Shown here: piece by piece, positions 9,591 to 19,370 of the stretch
Numbering within the stretch: position 1 is the first letter of the stretch
Layout of the letters: every line of letters starts with the position of its first letter
Assembly (NCBI GenBank): GCA_027491395.1
Contig: JAOZFI010000041.1
Span: 32,001 to 96,000, forward strand
DNA length: 64,000 bases
Origin: Thermoproteota archaeon
GTDB taxonomy: Archaea > Korarchaeota > Korarchaeia > Korarchaeales > Korarchaeaceae
Direction of reading: 5' to 3'
Translations under genes and position numbers: made by a program
The notes under the pieces: model-generated
What the model was told of the DNA's origin: nothing
Databases searched by the model: none
The model's input: only the letters and a program-made list of their open reading frames with translations

Positions 9591-9665
9591 GCCCCGGTAG
9601 CTCAGCCCGGTCAGAGCGGCCGCCTCGTAAGCGGCAGGTCGCGGGTTCGAATCCCGCCCGGGGCT
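9591..9665 (+). tRNA. tRNA-Thr(CGU)
   Basis: GCCCCGG acceptor, GCCGC-CT CGT AA-GCGGC, GTTCGAA; TTTATTA box upstream. Confidence 0.96.
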
Positions 9666-9730
9666 CTCATTCAGAATATCCCTGAACTCTCAAATAAGTT
9701 TTACTAAATCTCATGGGGTCTCGGGGAGAA

Positions 9731-9804
9731 TGGGGCCGCCGGGATTTGAACCCGGGACCTCCGGCTCCCGAGGCCGGCATCCTACCAAGCTAGACCACGG
9801 CCCC
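9731..9804 (-). tRNA. tRNA-Pro(CGG)
   Basis: GGGGCCG acceptor, CCGGC-CT CGG GA-GCCGG, GTTCAAA. Confidence 0.96.
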
Positions 9805-9843
9805 AGTTCCAAGTAATCCACACCGTACGATAAAAAGCTTTTC

Positions 9844-10362
9844 TCAGGGACCACCTAATTCCTCTAAGATCTCGGAGAGGGCTTTCTTGAGCTCAGTGTA
9901 TGTATTCCTCAGGGCATCGCTGACGACCTTCGTATTGCCTATCACCGGCATGAAGTTCGTATCCCCGTTCCAGCGGGGGACTATGTGTATGTGCACGTGT
10001 CCCTCGAAACCGGCCCCGGCGGCCTTCCCTATATTTGCCCCAACGTTGAATCCCTCTGGATTCATGGCCCTCCTCAAGGTGAGCATGGACAGGCGTATCA
10101 GTCTCCACATATCTTTAGCTTCATCCTCCGTCAGGTCCTCTATGCTGGCTACGTGCCTGTAGGGCGCCACCATTAGGTGGCCCGGGTTATAGGGATATTT
10201 GTTCAGTATGATGAAGCAGTGCTCGGATCTGTGCAGGATTAGGTTCTCCTCATCCCTGCCCTCAGCTGGTAGGGTGCAGAATATGCACTCTTTTTCCCCC
10301 TCAGTGGCGAGCAACTTGATATAGGGCATCCTCCATACTGCCCAGAGTCTTCTAAGGCTCAA
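9844..10362 (-). CDS. HIT family nucleotide hydrolase
   Basis: LWAVWR, CIFC, NKYPYNPGHL, HVHIHIVPR triad. Confidence 0.92.
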   Translation of the reverse strand: MSLRRLWAVWRMPYIKLLATEGEKECIFCTLPAEGRDEENLILHRSEHCFIILNKYPYNPGHLMVAPYRHVASIEDLTEDEAKDMWRLIRLSMLTLRRAMNPEGFNVGANIGKAAGAGFEGHVHIHIVPRWNGDTNFMPVIGNTKVVSDALRNTYTELKKALSEILEELGGP

Positions 10363-10724
10363 CTAGCTCCCTCCGTGAGCCTCAAGATGGCCTCCGCTAG
10401 ATCACCACCAGCTTCTATAAGTGCCTTTCTGGCGGTCTCCCTGTCCACTCCCGCCTGTGAGGCGACCAGAGAGATATCCTCCTCAGTGGGTTCGTAGACC
10501 TCCTCACCCTTCTCCTCTATCTCAGAGACCTTCTCCACTTTCCCCATCACTTGATAGATCTCTTCCCCTCCCACTTTAGTCACCGAGACCTGAGGATCGG
10601 ATATGCGCAGGGCCGTTCCGTCCCTTAGCCTTATCAAGACCTCCTCCGCATCCAGCGTCCGGACCTTCACCCCTATGCTCCTCAGCATCTTTTCCAAGTC
10701 CTTAGGCCTGAACTTTCTCATCAT
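10359..10724 (-). CDS. nac: Nascent polypeptide-associated complex protein
   Basis: NAC beta-barrel plus C-terminal UBA-like EDISLVASQAGV..GDLAEAI. Confidence 0.92.
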   Translation of the reverse strand: MMRKFRPKDLEKMLRSIGVKVRTLDAEEVLIRLRDGTALRISDPQVSVTKVGGEEIYQVMGKVEKVSEIEEKGEEVYEPTEEDISLVASQAGVDRETARKALIEAGGDLAEAILRLTEGAS

Positions 10725-10790
10725 ATGGGCCTTGAGTTCGAGTAAAAGTAAAGTTTACCTTAGGCGGGAGGGGTATGGGAGCGAGGGACC

Positions 10791-11345
10791 TTGTCGGAGG
10801 AAGTCTATGTCTGTGAGATATGCGGCGGTACCTTCGTCGGTAAACCTGTGATAGTTGATCTGGATGGTTACAAGGCGATGGTCTGTCCGAGCTGCGCTAG
10901 AAAACTCTTGAGGAAAAGGGAAAAGAAGGAAATGAAGGTCGCCATAAGGGAGACCAAGGCAGAAGCGCCATTGAAGAGGGAACCTCCCAGAAAGCCTCCT
11001 AAAGGAGTCCCCACTCCCAAGAGGAGGAAAGTTGAGGAAATAGAGTACGTGGAGGGTTATGGGGCTAAGATAAGGGAGGCTAGGGAATCCTTAGGCCTAA
11101 CCATAGAGCAGGTGGCTGCGGCTTTGAACATAAAGGCATCTCTCCTCCGTAATATTGAGGCGGAGAAGGTCATCCCACCTTACGAGGTGGCTCGAGCTAT
11201 AGAGAAATTGCTGGAGATCTCCATAATACAGAGGAACCCCGAGAGGAGCGCGTCTGCCCTGCCAGAAACGGCCCCTCCCACATCCATAAAATCAATTACC
11301 TTGGGTGAGATAGTAGAGGTGAAGAAGAAGAGGAGGAAGAGGTAA
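10791..11345 (+). CDS. Archaeal multiprotein bridging factor aMBF1 (Zn ribbon + HTH)
   Basis: CEICG..CPSC, YGAKIREARE HTH, C-terminal TLGEIV. Confidence 0.9.
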   Translation: MSEEVYVCEICGGTFVGKPVIVDLDGYKAMVCPSCARKLLRKREKKEMKVAIRETKAEAPLKREPPRKPPKGVPTPKRRKVEEIEYVEGYGAKIREARESLGLTIEQVAAALNIKASLLRNIEAEKVIPPYEVARAIEKLLEISIIQRNPERSASALPETAPPTSIKSITLGEIVEVKKKRRKR

Positions 11346-12512
11346 ATGCCCACAAACATACCTCCCGAGGCTCAGGCCAAATGGGAGGAATATTCAAAGG
11401 CAAAAACACCGGAAGAGAAGCTTCAGAAGTTGAAAGAGTTCTACGCCCTGATACCGAAGCACAAGGGAACCGAGAAGATGGAGAAGTTCATCAAGAGGAG
11501 GATGGCCGAGCTGAGAGAGGAAATCGAGAGGAGAAGAACGAGCAAGAAGTCCAGAGGCCCATCCCTCATGATTGAGAAGAGGGGAGCAGCTCAGATGGTT
11601 CTAATAGGTTTCACTAACTCGGGACGGAGCACTATACTGTCGACCCTGACTAACGCCAGAGTTGAGATCTCCCCGAATCCTTTCACAACAATAAGGCCGG
11701 TGGAGGGAATGATGGAATTCAAGGGAGCCCAGATACAGATAGTAGAGGCTCCTCCCATAATACCTCAGGCCCAAGGGGGTCCCACCAATCTCTCGGTGGC
11801 CCTAGCTGGGAACGCGGACATCCTAGGCTTAGTCGTCAGCTCCATCGATGATCCGATCATCCAATTGAACGAGCTGGTCTCCCTCTTGGAGTCTAGGGGG
11901 ATAGTGCTGGAAAGGCCGAGTGGGAGGGTGAGGATAAGGAGGAGCAGGGCAGCCCCCACTATAATAATCGTGAACAAGGGCAGGATCTTGGACGGTAACG
12001 AGAGGGATATCAAGGAGATCCTGAGATCCTACGGCATTGAACGGGCTTGGGTCGAGATCGAGGGTAAAGTGACCCTCGAAGACGTGGAGGAAGCCGTTTT
12101 CGGCGAGAAGAAGTATAAACCATTCATAATATTCCTCACCAAGATGGATCTGACTGGAGACGATTACCTACTGCGAGAGGTGGAAGCTAGATATGGAGAG
12201 AAGGCCTTGGCCGTGATCTCCTTCCCGACCAAGCTGCCTAATAACGATGAACTGGGCGCGATGATCCTCAAGGAACTTGGACTCATAAGGGTGTTCACGA
12301 AGGCTAGGAATGAGAGGGAACCCTCCGAGAAGGCAGTCATCTTGGAGAGGGGATCCACCGTCTTGGATCTGGCCAAGTTCATCCACCAATCTTTCAAGGA
12401 GAGGTTCAGATACGCCAAGGTCTGGTCGGACAGGCTCCCCTACTCGCCAATGAAGGTCGGAGCTGACTTTGTCTTGGAGGACGGCGACGTAGTGGAGATA
12501 GTGGTCAGGTGA
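11346..12512 (+). CDS. DRG/OBG-family GTP-binding protein with TGS domain (degenerate G motifs)
   Basis: MPTNIPPEA, PKHKGTEK, PFTT, TKMD, C-terminal TGS (IH..FRYAKVW..LEDGDVVEI). Confidence 0.88.
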   Translation: MPTNIPPEAQAKWEEYSKAKTPEEKLQKLKEFYALIPKHKGTEKMEKFIKRRMAELREEIERRRTSKKSRGPSLMIEKRGAAQMVLIGFTNSGRSTILSTLTNARVEISPNPFTTIRPVEGMMEFKGAQIQIVEAPPIIPQAQGGPTNLSVALAGNADILGLVVSSIDDPIIQLNELVSLLESRGIVLERPSGRVRIRRSRAAPTIIIVNKGRILDGNERDIKEILRSYGIERAWVEIEGKVTLEDVEEAVFGEKKYKPFIIFLTKMDLTGDDYLLREVEARYGEKALAVISFPTKLPNNDELGAMILKELGLIRVFTKARNEREPSEKAVILERGSTVLDLAKFIHQSFKERFRYAKVWSDRLPYSPMKVGADFVLEDGDVVEIVVR

Positions 12513-12521
12513 TTCTATCCC

Positions 12522-13202
12522 ATGAGCGCCGAGCACGAGAAGAGGGTGGTCGCCAGAAAGGCGCTAGAGCTACTGAAAGAGGAGAAGGTTGAGTTACTCG
12601 GCCTCGGATCCGGTACGACAGTAGCAGTGTTCGTGGAGGAGCTTGCGAAGAGCGACCTAGGAGCCAAGATAAAGGCCATACCTTCATCCAGCCAGATAGA
12701 GACCGAGGCTAGGAGACATGGATTGACGCTGGTGAGTCCTGAGTACGGAAAGCCAGATCTCACCATAGACGGGGCCGATGAGATAGATGATGAGCTCAAC
12801 CTGCTCAAGGGGGGAGGTGGTGCCCTCGTCAGGGAGAAGATCTTGGCTATGAGTAGCAGCTACTACTTGGTGATAGCGGATCATTCCAAGGTGGTGAACA
12901 GGCTGTGCACTAATAGACCTTTACCGGTGGAGGTCCTCCCTTACGGGTATCTATGGACTAAGGAGCTTATAGAAGGCGCATTGAATTCAGAAGCTCGATT
13001 ACGCTACTCTGGAGACGGAATCTTCGTGTCGGATAATGGAAACTACATATTGGATGTACACTGCCAACCCCTAGAGGAACCGGAATCGGTCGAAAAGCTC
13101 TTGAAGCTATATCCCGGAGTCGTGGAGGTAGGCATATTCACTGAACTGACAGATGAGGCCTTAATAGCCTTCGGAGATGAGGTAAGGAGCTTCACCCCGT
13201 GA
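12522..13202 (+). CDS. rpiA: Ribose-5-phosphate isomerase A
   Basis: GLGSGTT, DGADEID, KGGGGALVREK, SDNGNYILD. Confidence 0.96.
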   Translation: MSAEHEKRVVARKALELLKEEKVELLGLGSGTTVAVFVEELAKSDLGAKIKAIPSSSQIETEARRHGLTLVSPEYGKPDLTIDGADEIDDELNLLKGGGGALVREKILAMSSSYYLVIADHSKVVNRLCTNRPLPVEVLPYGYLWTKELIEGALNSEARLRYSGDGIFVSDNGNYILDVHCQPLEEPESVEKLLKLYPGVVEVGIFTELTDEALIAFGDEVRSFTP

Positions 13203-13239
13203 AGCCACCCTTTTTATTTCGATCTGGGTGACTGTTAGT

Positions 13240-13561
13240 GGGCGGTGGGGTAGGGCCGGGGGAGTAGCCGTCCCCTGAGCCGGAAGGCTAATGCCGGGGC
13301 CAGTAACTCCCGGGGGCGGTAGCGGGCAAGGAGCTCCCTCCCTCCCTCGGACCGATGATCTTTGGCGCTGGCGGGCCGCCGGTGGGGCATCCCCGTCCGG
13401 AGGGGCGGGGTGAGCCCCTTTACCACCGAAACGGGTCAGGCCCGGAAGGGAGCAGCCCTAAGGTGGACGGTCGGCGCTGCCAGTGTGCTGGGGTGAGCGT
13501 CCGGGGGAGAATGAGGGGGGGCTCCCGAACCCGCTATCCACCTCGGGGGAGCCCACCGCCC
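13240..13561 (+). ncRNA. ffs: Archaeal SRP (7S) RNA
   Basis: Very GC-rich ~320 nt; complementary ends GGGCGGTGGG/CCCACCGCCC; helix-8 motif GTCAGGCCCGGAAGGGAGCAGC at ~13435-13456; TTTTTATT box upstream. Confidence 0.93.
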
Positions 13562-13575
13562 AAATAAAATAGAGA

Positions 13576-13803
13576 TCAGATGAGCTGGACCTCGGTTCCG
13601 TCCTCCTTGATCTCATATATGTGTATTATGTTGACGGGACAGGCCTGAGCCGCCTCCATGTTGCAACCAAGGTCGTCAAGCTCGGTCTTTATCGGGCTAG
13701 CTAGCCCGTCGTCCTCGATCACCCAGTTGTCCGGGCAAAGAGAGGCACAAACTCCATCGGCTATGCAGGACTCCCTATCATGGACTATCTTGTACTTAGC
13801 CAT
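13576..13803 (-). CDS. fdx: Monocluster ferredoxin (Asp-ligated type)
   Basis: CIADGVCASLCP...C..AAQACPV. Confidence 0.9.
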   Translation of the reverse strand: MAKYKIVHDRESCIADGVCASLCPDNWVIEDDGLASPIKTELDDLGCNMEAAQACPVNIIHIYEIKEDGTEVQLI

Positions 13804-13926
13804 ACCTAACACCCCCTAAGGGCGTGATAAGTGGGAGGAGATCCTATTTAACCTTTTTATGACAATAGGGGGAGCTGAATTACCCCACTGGGAGGATTGT
13901 TAGGCTAAAAATAGAATTCAAATTCG

Positions 13927-14376
13927 TTAACACGATCTACTCTCCAAAAATTTCTCGAATCTTTCCTTAAAATCATTTACGCATTCCTCGAGGAAGGACA
14001 TCAGCATCGAAATGCGGAGGATTGTCTCATCACCAACTCCGTGCTCCACCCAGCAGGCTTCCTCCCTAGCTTTCTTCTCTTCCATGCTTAAGATCTCCCT
14101 TAAAAACTTGTAAAACACCTCCTCCCTGTTGAGCGTGGAGGAGGCTATCCTCTCGCCCTCCGGGGTGAGGTCTATGTACCCGTACTTCTCGTAACTGATC
14201 AATCCCAGACCGGAAAGCCTCTTCGCAGCATCAGTGACGCTCGATAGCCTGACACCCATCTCCTCAGCTAATTCCTTCACTCTCACAACCTTCTTTCCCT
14301 TCCTCTTGAGTCTGTAAATAGCGGTCAGGTATTCTTGGAGCCCGGGAGTTATCTCTTCCTCCTTCCGATGGGTCAT
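13927..14376 (-). CDS. DtxR/MntR-family metal-dependent transcriptional regulator
   Basis: EYLTAIY, wHTH, YEKYGYIDLT, EACWVEH; no FeoA domain. Confidence 0.9.
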   Translation of the reverse strand: MTHRKEEEITPGLQEYLTAIYRLKRKGKKVVRVKELAEEMGVRLSSVTDAAKRLSGLGLISYEKYGYIDLTPEGERIASSTLNREEVFYKFLREILSMEEKKAREEACWVEHGVGDETILRISMLMSFLEECVNDFKERFEKFLESRSC

Positions 14377-14436
14377 TTCTAACCGAGGTTAAACTTGGTG
14401 CAAGAATATTAAGATGGTCTCCCCCACCACACCTGT

Positions 14437-14958
14437 ATGCCCGCTTCGGTCCCGGAGGAACACAAGGCCAGAGCGCCCAGGTCGGTATCTTTCTCCCTCT
14501 ACATAGTGAGTACCTCTAGATCCTCTGGAAAGGGCAAGGAAGACCTAACTGGAGATCTCGCTGAGGGCTTAATAAGGAAAGAAGGTCACAGACTGATCAG
14601 GAGGGAAATAATACCTGACAGACCTAGTGCTATCAGGAATGCCCTCCTCAAGGCAACCCGTGATTCGGATGTCATAATATTCAGCGGAGGGACCGGGCTG
14701 CATCCAACCGATGTAACCCCAGATACGGTGGAGCCTCTCCTAGATAGGAAGATACCGGGATTCGGGGAGCTGTTCAGGTGGTTGAGCTACGAACAGGTGG
14801 GCAGCGCGGCCATGGCAAGCAGAGCTTCCGCTGGGGTCTTCAATGGGTCGCTGGTCTTCCTCCTACCTGGATCTCCGGATGGAGTGGAGCTAGCACTCAC
14901 CAAACTCATACTTCCCGAAGCCGCTCATCTAGTGTACTTGGTCAGGGGAGACCACTAA
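14437..14958 (+). CDS. moaB: Molybdopterin adenylyltransferase MoaB/Mog
   Basis: GGTG..DVTP, IPGFGELFR, SRA, LPGSP. Confidence 0.92.
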   Translation: MPASVPEEHKARAPRSVSFSLYIVSTSRSSGKGKEDLTGDLAEGLIRKEGHRLIRREIIPDRPSAIRNALLKATRDSDVIIFSGGTGLHPTDVTPDTVEPLLDRKIPGFGELFRWLSYEQVGSAAMASRASAGVFNGSLVFLLPGSPDGVELALTKLILPEAAHLVYLVRGDH

Positions 14959-16919
14959 CTCCAGATCACCTCTCCCATATCTTCTCCAGCCACTATCCCC
15001 TCCAGTGAGTTGATCTCCTCCCTCAACCTTGGATCTCTGAGAAGTTCCAAGAACCGACTCACCGGCTTGCTCTCCAAGGAACTGCCCTTTATTAGGAAGT
15101 CGTAGTTCTCCTCAGCTAATTTGATGAAATCTAGGCCATAGAGGGATGAAGCAGTCCTTATACCGATACCTACATCTGCAATCCCGTGGTATACTGCTGC
15201 AGCGACTGCATTATGGGACTTAGCCTCGCTCCAGTAGCCCTTTATCCGCCTCCTAACCTCATCGAAATCTAGGCCCAGCGCCTCTGCTTCCCTCCTCAGG
15301 AGAGCATCCAAGAGTATTCTAGTACCCGAACCTTTATTCCTATTGATAAACATGAGATCTTGTCTCTCTATGAGATCTCTTATGGATTTTACGCCCTTTG
15401 GATTACCCTTAGGCAGAATGAGACCCTGCTCCCTTCTGTAGCCCCTTACGAGTATCGCCTTGCCCTTGAACTGGTAGCTGTCCATGAATGGAATGTTATA
15501 GGTCCAGCTATCCGGATCCAAAGCGTGAACTCCCGCTATATCAGCTTCTCTCCTGCTCACCGCTTTGAAGCCACCGGTGGATCCCACAAAAACGGCCTTG
15601 ACGTGGTAACCCTCCCTCCTCAGGTGCGATAGTATCCTTTCCAGTCCTAAGCAATGACTTCCCATGACTGAAACATCGGCTATCTTTGATCCCTTGTAAA
15701 GGTGAACCTCGACGACCTCACCCTCCTCTATTATCTCCTCGTTCTTCTCCATGATCACAAAACCATCCGCTCTGGAGAGCGTGGTTATTGCCTCGGAACC
15801 CGTGGGGACTGGGAAAGTGAGGTGGTGATCCCCTTCCTTCACTACGTGGACCGGTAGTAGATCCTTCCTTCCCTTCTCCCCGAAGATCCTCTCAGCTGCG
15901 ATTGCCTTTACGATTCCCTCGCTCTCCTCAAATCTACCACTCCACTTCCTAATGAGGGGAGAGATCAGGGATTGATAGATGGTCATCGCGCTGGTGGGGT
16001 ATCCGGGGAGTCCTATAATGAGTTTCCCTCTCGATTCCGCTATGACAGTCGGCTTACCCGGATGTATGGCGATGCCGTGAACTAGCACGCCGGGAGGTCC
16101 CAGCTCCTCGAGAATACGGTACATCACATCCCCGGCGCCCACGCTGGTGCTGCCGGAGAGTATCACCATATCGAAAATGTCCAAGGCCTCCTCCAATGCC
16201 CTCTTGATGGCGTCGTGATCATCGGGAAGTATGCCGAGCCTCTCTGGAATGCCACCATCCTCAACTATGGAGGAGAACACCGTGAAGGAATTGACATCAT
16301 ATATCTTCCCGAAGTCGAGAGGTTCGCCCGGTTGGACTATCTCATCGCCCGTCGAGAATATTCCCACCTTGGGAGGAGAAAGGACCTTCACCTTAGTCCG
16401 GCCAACCGCGGCCAGTACTCCTATCTCACGTGCGGACAGGAGCGTATCGGAGTAGATGACCGTCTCTCCCCTTCTTATATCTGAGCCAGCTCCGTGGATA
16501 TTCTCCCCCGGGGATATGGCCCTGAAAACGAGGAGCGAATTTCCGTCCCTGACTGTATGCTCCTCCATGACCACGGCGTTGGCCCCCTTAGGGATGGGGG
16601 CTCCTGTGGCTATCTCCACCGCCTCTCCCTCATCAACGATCCCTAGGAAGGGATGGCCGGCCGCAGCCTTACCGATGACTCTCAGCTTAGCTGGACGATC
16701 CTCATCGACCCAGAAGGTGTCTTCCGCCCTCAGAGCATAACCGTCAACGGCCGCACGGTCGAACCCCGGTACGTCCACATCCGATACCACGTCTTCAGCC
16801 ACCACCCTCCCTAGAGCACCTTCAATGGGAACCTCCTCGATGGTCTTGGGTCTAGAATAACTGATCAGGAGGTTTAGAACCTCTCCAAACTCCCTGAGCT
16901 CCCTGAAGACCTTCCTCAT
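14955..16919 (-). CDS. moeA: MoeA fused to C-terminal periplasmic-binding-protein-like domain
   Basis: DRAAVDGYA, IATGAPIP, STGDE, PGKP, LPGYP, then GSHC..NRNKGSGTR; ATG overlaps the upstream TGA. Confidence 0.93.
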   Translation of the reverse strand: MRKVFRELREFGEVLNLLISYSRPKTIEEVPIEGALGRVVAEDVVSDVDVPGFDRAAVDGYALRAEDTFWVDEDRPAKLRVIGKAAAGHPFLGIVDEGEAVEIATGAPIPKGANAVVMEEHTVRDGNSLLVFRAISPGENIHGAGSDIRRGETVIYSDTLLSAREIGVLAAVGRTKVKVLSPPKVGIFSTGDEIVQPGEPLDFGKIYDVNSFTVFSSIVEDGGIPERLGILPDDHDAIKRALEEALDIFDMVILSGSTSVGAGDVMYRILEELGPPGVLVHGIAIHPGKPTVIAESRGKLIIGLPGYPTSAMTIYQSLISPLIRKWSGRFEESEGIVKAIAAERIFGEKGRKDLLPVHVVKEGDHHLTFPVPTGSEAITTLSRADGFVIMEKNEEIIEEGEVVEVHLYKGSKIADVSVMGSHCLGLERILSHLRREGYHVKAVFVGSTGGFKAVSRREADIAGVHALDPDSWTYNIPFMDSYQFKGKAILVRGYRREQGLILPKGNPKGVKSIRDLIERQDLMFINRNKGSGTRILLDALLRREAEALGLDFDEVRRRIKGYWSEAKSHNAVAAAVYHGIADVGIGIRTASSLYGLDFIKLAEENYDFLIKGSSLESKPVSRFLELLRDPRLREEINSLEGIVAGEDMGEVIWS

Positions 16920-18157
16920 AGCTTGAGCCACCTCCTGTAAACGAGCACATCCACCTCACTGCCGGCCTCGTATCCCTCCACATCTTCCGGCACCACCACG
17001 AATCCATCGGCTTGGGTAAGTGAGGAGATTATTCCTGAGCCACTGACTCTCACGGGCGTAGCTAGTAAGGCATCACTCTCCCGCCTGAGCTTAACCCTCA
17101 CGTAATGTCTGACGCCAGGTCTCGAAGCTATCCTCCTGTCAAGGCGAGCCCTAACCCTCGGCCACTGGAGAATCCCTTCCACGCCTGAAAGCCTCGCCAA
17201 TACCGGGAGGAGCACCTCCATGGCCGCGACCATAGCCGCAACAGGGCTCCCCGGAAGTCCTACCAACGGGGTTCCGTCGATCATAGCTAGGAGAGTGGGC
17301 TTTCCCGGCATTATGCTCAATCCGTGAAACACTATCTCCCCACCCAAGGACCCCACGATCTTGGGGACTAGATCCCTCTCTCCGACGCTTGTACCGGCTA
17401 TCGTGACTATTAGATCTCCATCCATCCCCCTCTCTACCATTTCCCTTAGCTCCTCTTCATCGTCCTTAGCTATACCCAAGTATTTAGGAACGGCTAGATC
17501 CGAGATCATAGACTCTAGGGCATACCTGTTGGAGTTGACTATTTTACCCTTACCGAGAGGGGATCCAAGCTCCACAAGCTCGCTTCCCGTACTGATTATA
17601 GAGACTCTGGGCTTCTGAAATACCCTAACTTCAGTAATGTTCAGAGAGGCCAAGAGGAGCATCTCGAACGGACCTATAACCGTGCCCCTCTTCAAAACGG
17701 TATCTCCCCTCGACACATCGCTGCCCCTCCTATCAACGTTCGCACCGGGAGGAACCTGCCTTATTATCTCGACGTGGTTCCCAGATCTCTTCGAGAACTC
17801 CAGCGGTACTACGGCATCAGCCCCATCAGGTAAGTACGCGCCAGTGGCTATTTCCACTGCTTCTCCCTCTCTTATCCTCACTTCCGACTCGTCTCCTGGC
17901 CTGAGCCTCCCAACCACCTTCAGCACAACCGGATTGGATGCTGTTGCGCCGAAAGTGTCGGATGATCTAACCGCGTATCCATCGAAAGCGGCCCTATGGA
18001 AGGGGGGGATGTCGATGGGAGAGATCACGTCTTCGGCTAGAACTCGATTCCTTGCCTCATTCAGGACGACCTCCTCGGGTGAGGTTGGGTGAAGGTATGT
18101 TAAATAGGTAGCAAGCGCCTGTCCTATGGGAGTTAGCCTCTTGAAGATGCGGGTCAT
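16916..18157 (-). CDS. moeA: Molybdopterin/tungstopterin metal insertase MoeA
   Basis: RAAFDGYAV, STGSEL, PGKP, LPGSP. Confidence 0.94.
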   Translation of the reverse strand: MTRIFKRLTPIGQALATYLTYLHPTSPEEVVLNEARNRVLAEDVISPIDIPPFHRAAFDGYAVRSSDTFGATASNPVVLKVVGRLRPGDESEVRIREGEAVEIATGAYLPDGADAVVPLEFSKRSGNHVEIIRQVPPGANVDRRGSDVSRGDTVLKRGTVIGPFEMLLLASLNITEVRVFQKPRVSIISTGSELVELGSPLGKGKIVNSNRYALESMISDLAVPKYLGIAKDDEEELREMVERGMDGDLIVTIAGTSVGERDLVPKIVGSLGGEIVFHGLSIMPGKPTLLAMIDGTPLVGLPGSPVAAMVAAMEVLLPVLARLSGVEGILQWPRVRARLDRRIASRPGVRHYVRVKLRRESDALLATPVRVSGSGIISSLTQADGFVVVPEDVEGYEAGSEVDVLVYRRWLKL

Positions 18158-18216
18158 CGGGGGAAGGACGTGTTAATCTATAAATTAGCTTTCGCCCACA
18201 TCCGGGAGGATGTACT

Positions 18217-19032
18217 TTGGCGGAGGATAAGGAGGCGCCGCTGCAGGAGCACATCATTGAGCTGCTTGAGAGATTGAGAAGGGTGTTAATAGCCCTCATA
18301 ATAACCTCGGGCATCGTGGTCGTTATCCCCTCTCAGCTGGTGGAGTGGAGGTGGGATGGGTACACTCCCCTAGTGTTTTACGTGATGAAGAAAATGCAGG
18401 AGGATCTCACTAACGTCCACAATCCAGTAGTGGAGCCAATAGCTTCCTTTTTCGGGATAAAGGAGCTCCCTGTGGAACTTATAGCCCATAGCTGGCTGGA
18501 TTCCATAGAGGTAATTCTCCAGCTCTCCCTCCTGATGGGTTTAGTTATAGCATCTCCTTACGTGGCTAAGCAGATATATGAGTACTTGGAGCCGGCCCTC
18601 GAGGAGAGAGAAAAGAAGGTGCTCGTTCCATTTTCACTCCTCTTCTTCCTGCTGTTCGCCTTAGGTGTCGTGTACGCTTATTTCGTCATCCTTCCATTGA
18701 CGTTCTTCTTCCTCTCTTGGCTTTATCTCCTAGGCGGGGTTAAGCTCATATTCTCCGTCAAGGAATTCTACTCATTCGCCATAGTGGGGATGCTCACTAC
18801 CGGGCTATCGTTCACCTTCCCTCTAGTGGTCGCCTTGGCATCTTACTTGGACATAATAACGCCAGACACTCTGAAGAAGAACTGGAGGTACGTGGTGTTC
18901 GTGATAATGGTTGTGACCGCCGTAATAACTCCAGATCCCACTCCAGTCTCCATGATAGCGCTGGCTATCCCGTTCCTAGCGCTATACGTGCTCTCCTATC
19001 TACTAGCCAAAAAAGTGCACAGGAAAAGCTGA
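18217..19032 (+). CDS. tatC: Twin-arginine translocase TatC
   Basis: PLQEHIIELLERL, PAL..EKK, WRY, ITPDPT, multi-TM. Confidence 0.93.
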   Translation: MAEDKEAPLQEHIIELLERLRRVLIALIITSGIVVVIPSQLVEWRWDGYTPLVFYVMKKMQEDLTNVHNPVVEPIASFFGIKELPVELIAHSWLDSIEVILQLSLLMGLVIASPYVAKQIYEYLEPALEEREKKVLVPFSLLFFLLFALGVVYAYFVILPLTFFFLSWLYLLGGVKLIFSVKEFYSFAIVGMLTTGLSFTFPLVVALASYLDIITPDTLKKNWRYVVFVIMVVTAVITPDPTPVSMIALAIPFLALYVLSYLLAKKVHRKS

Positions 19033-19067
19033 AAGCTTGGAAATACGGCGAAAAGTTTAATGAGGGG

Positions 19068-19370
19068 TTACTCCTCCGACCCCTTCTTCTTAGCTGCTAG
19101 GGCCTTTATCTCCTCCATGAGCTCCTCATCAGTCTTACCGGTTACGTCTATTCCCAGGCTCAAGGCAAGCTCTCTGATCTCACTGCTGCTCTTCTTGGTC
19201 TTCTCCTCCTTCTCCTCCTTGGAGGTCACTCCGCTGCTGGCCTTTCTGAATTCGTTTATGGCCTCGCCCATGGATCTAGCCAGCTCCGGGAGCCTTCTGG
19301 GCCCGAAGAGAAGTAAAGCGATCACTATTATTATCAGGAGCTCAGTCCATCCTATCGGCCCGAACTGCAT
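19068..19370 (-). CDS. tatA: Twin-arginine translocase TatA/E
   Basis: GWTELLIIIVIALLLFGPRRLPELARSMGEAINEFRK; start uncertain. Confidence 0.93.
   Translation of the reverse strand: MQFGPIGWTELLIIIVIALLLFGPRRLPELARSMGEAINEFRKASSGVTSKEEKEEKTKKSSSEIRELALSLGIDVTGKTDEELMEEIKALAAKKKGSEE

Noticed and set aside
13235-13567. Short GC-rich ORFs on both strands
   Set aside because: They overlap the SRP RNA.
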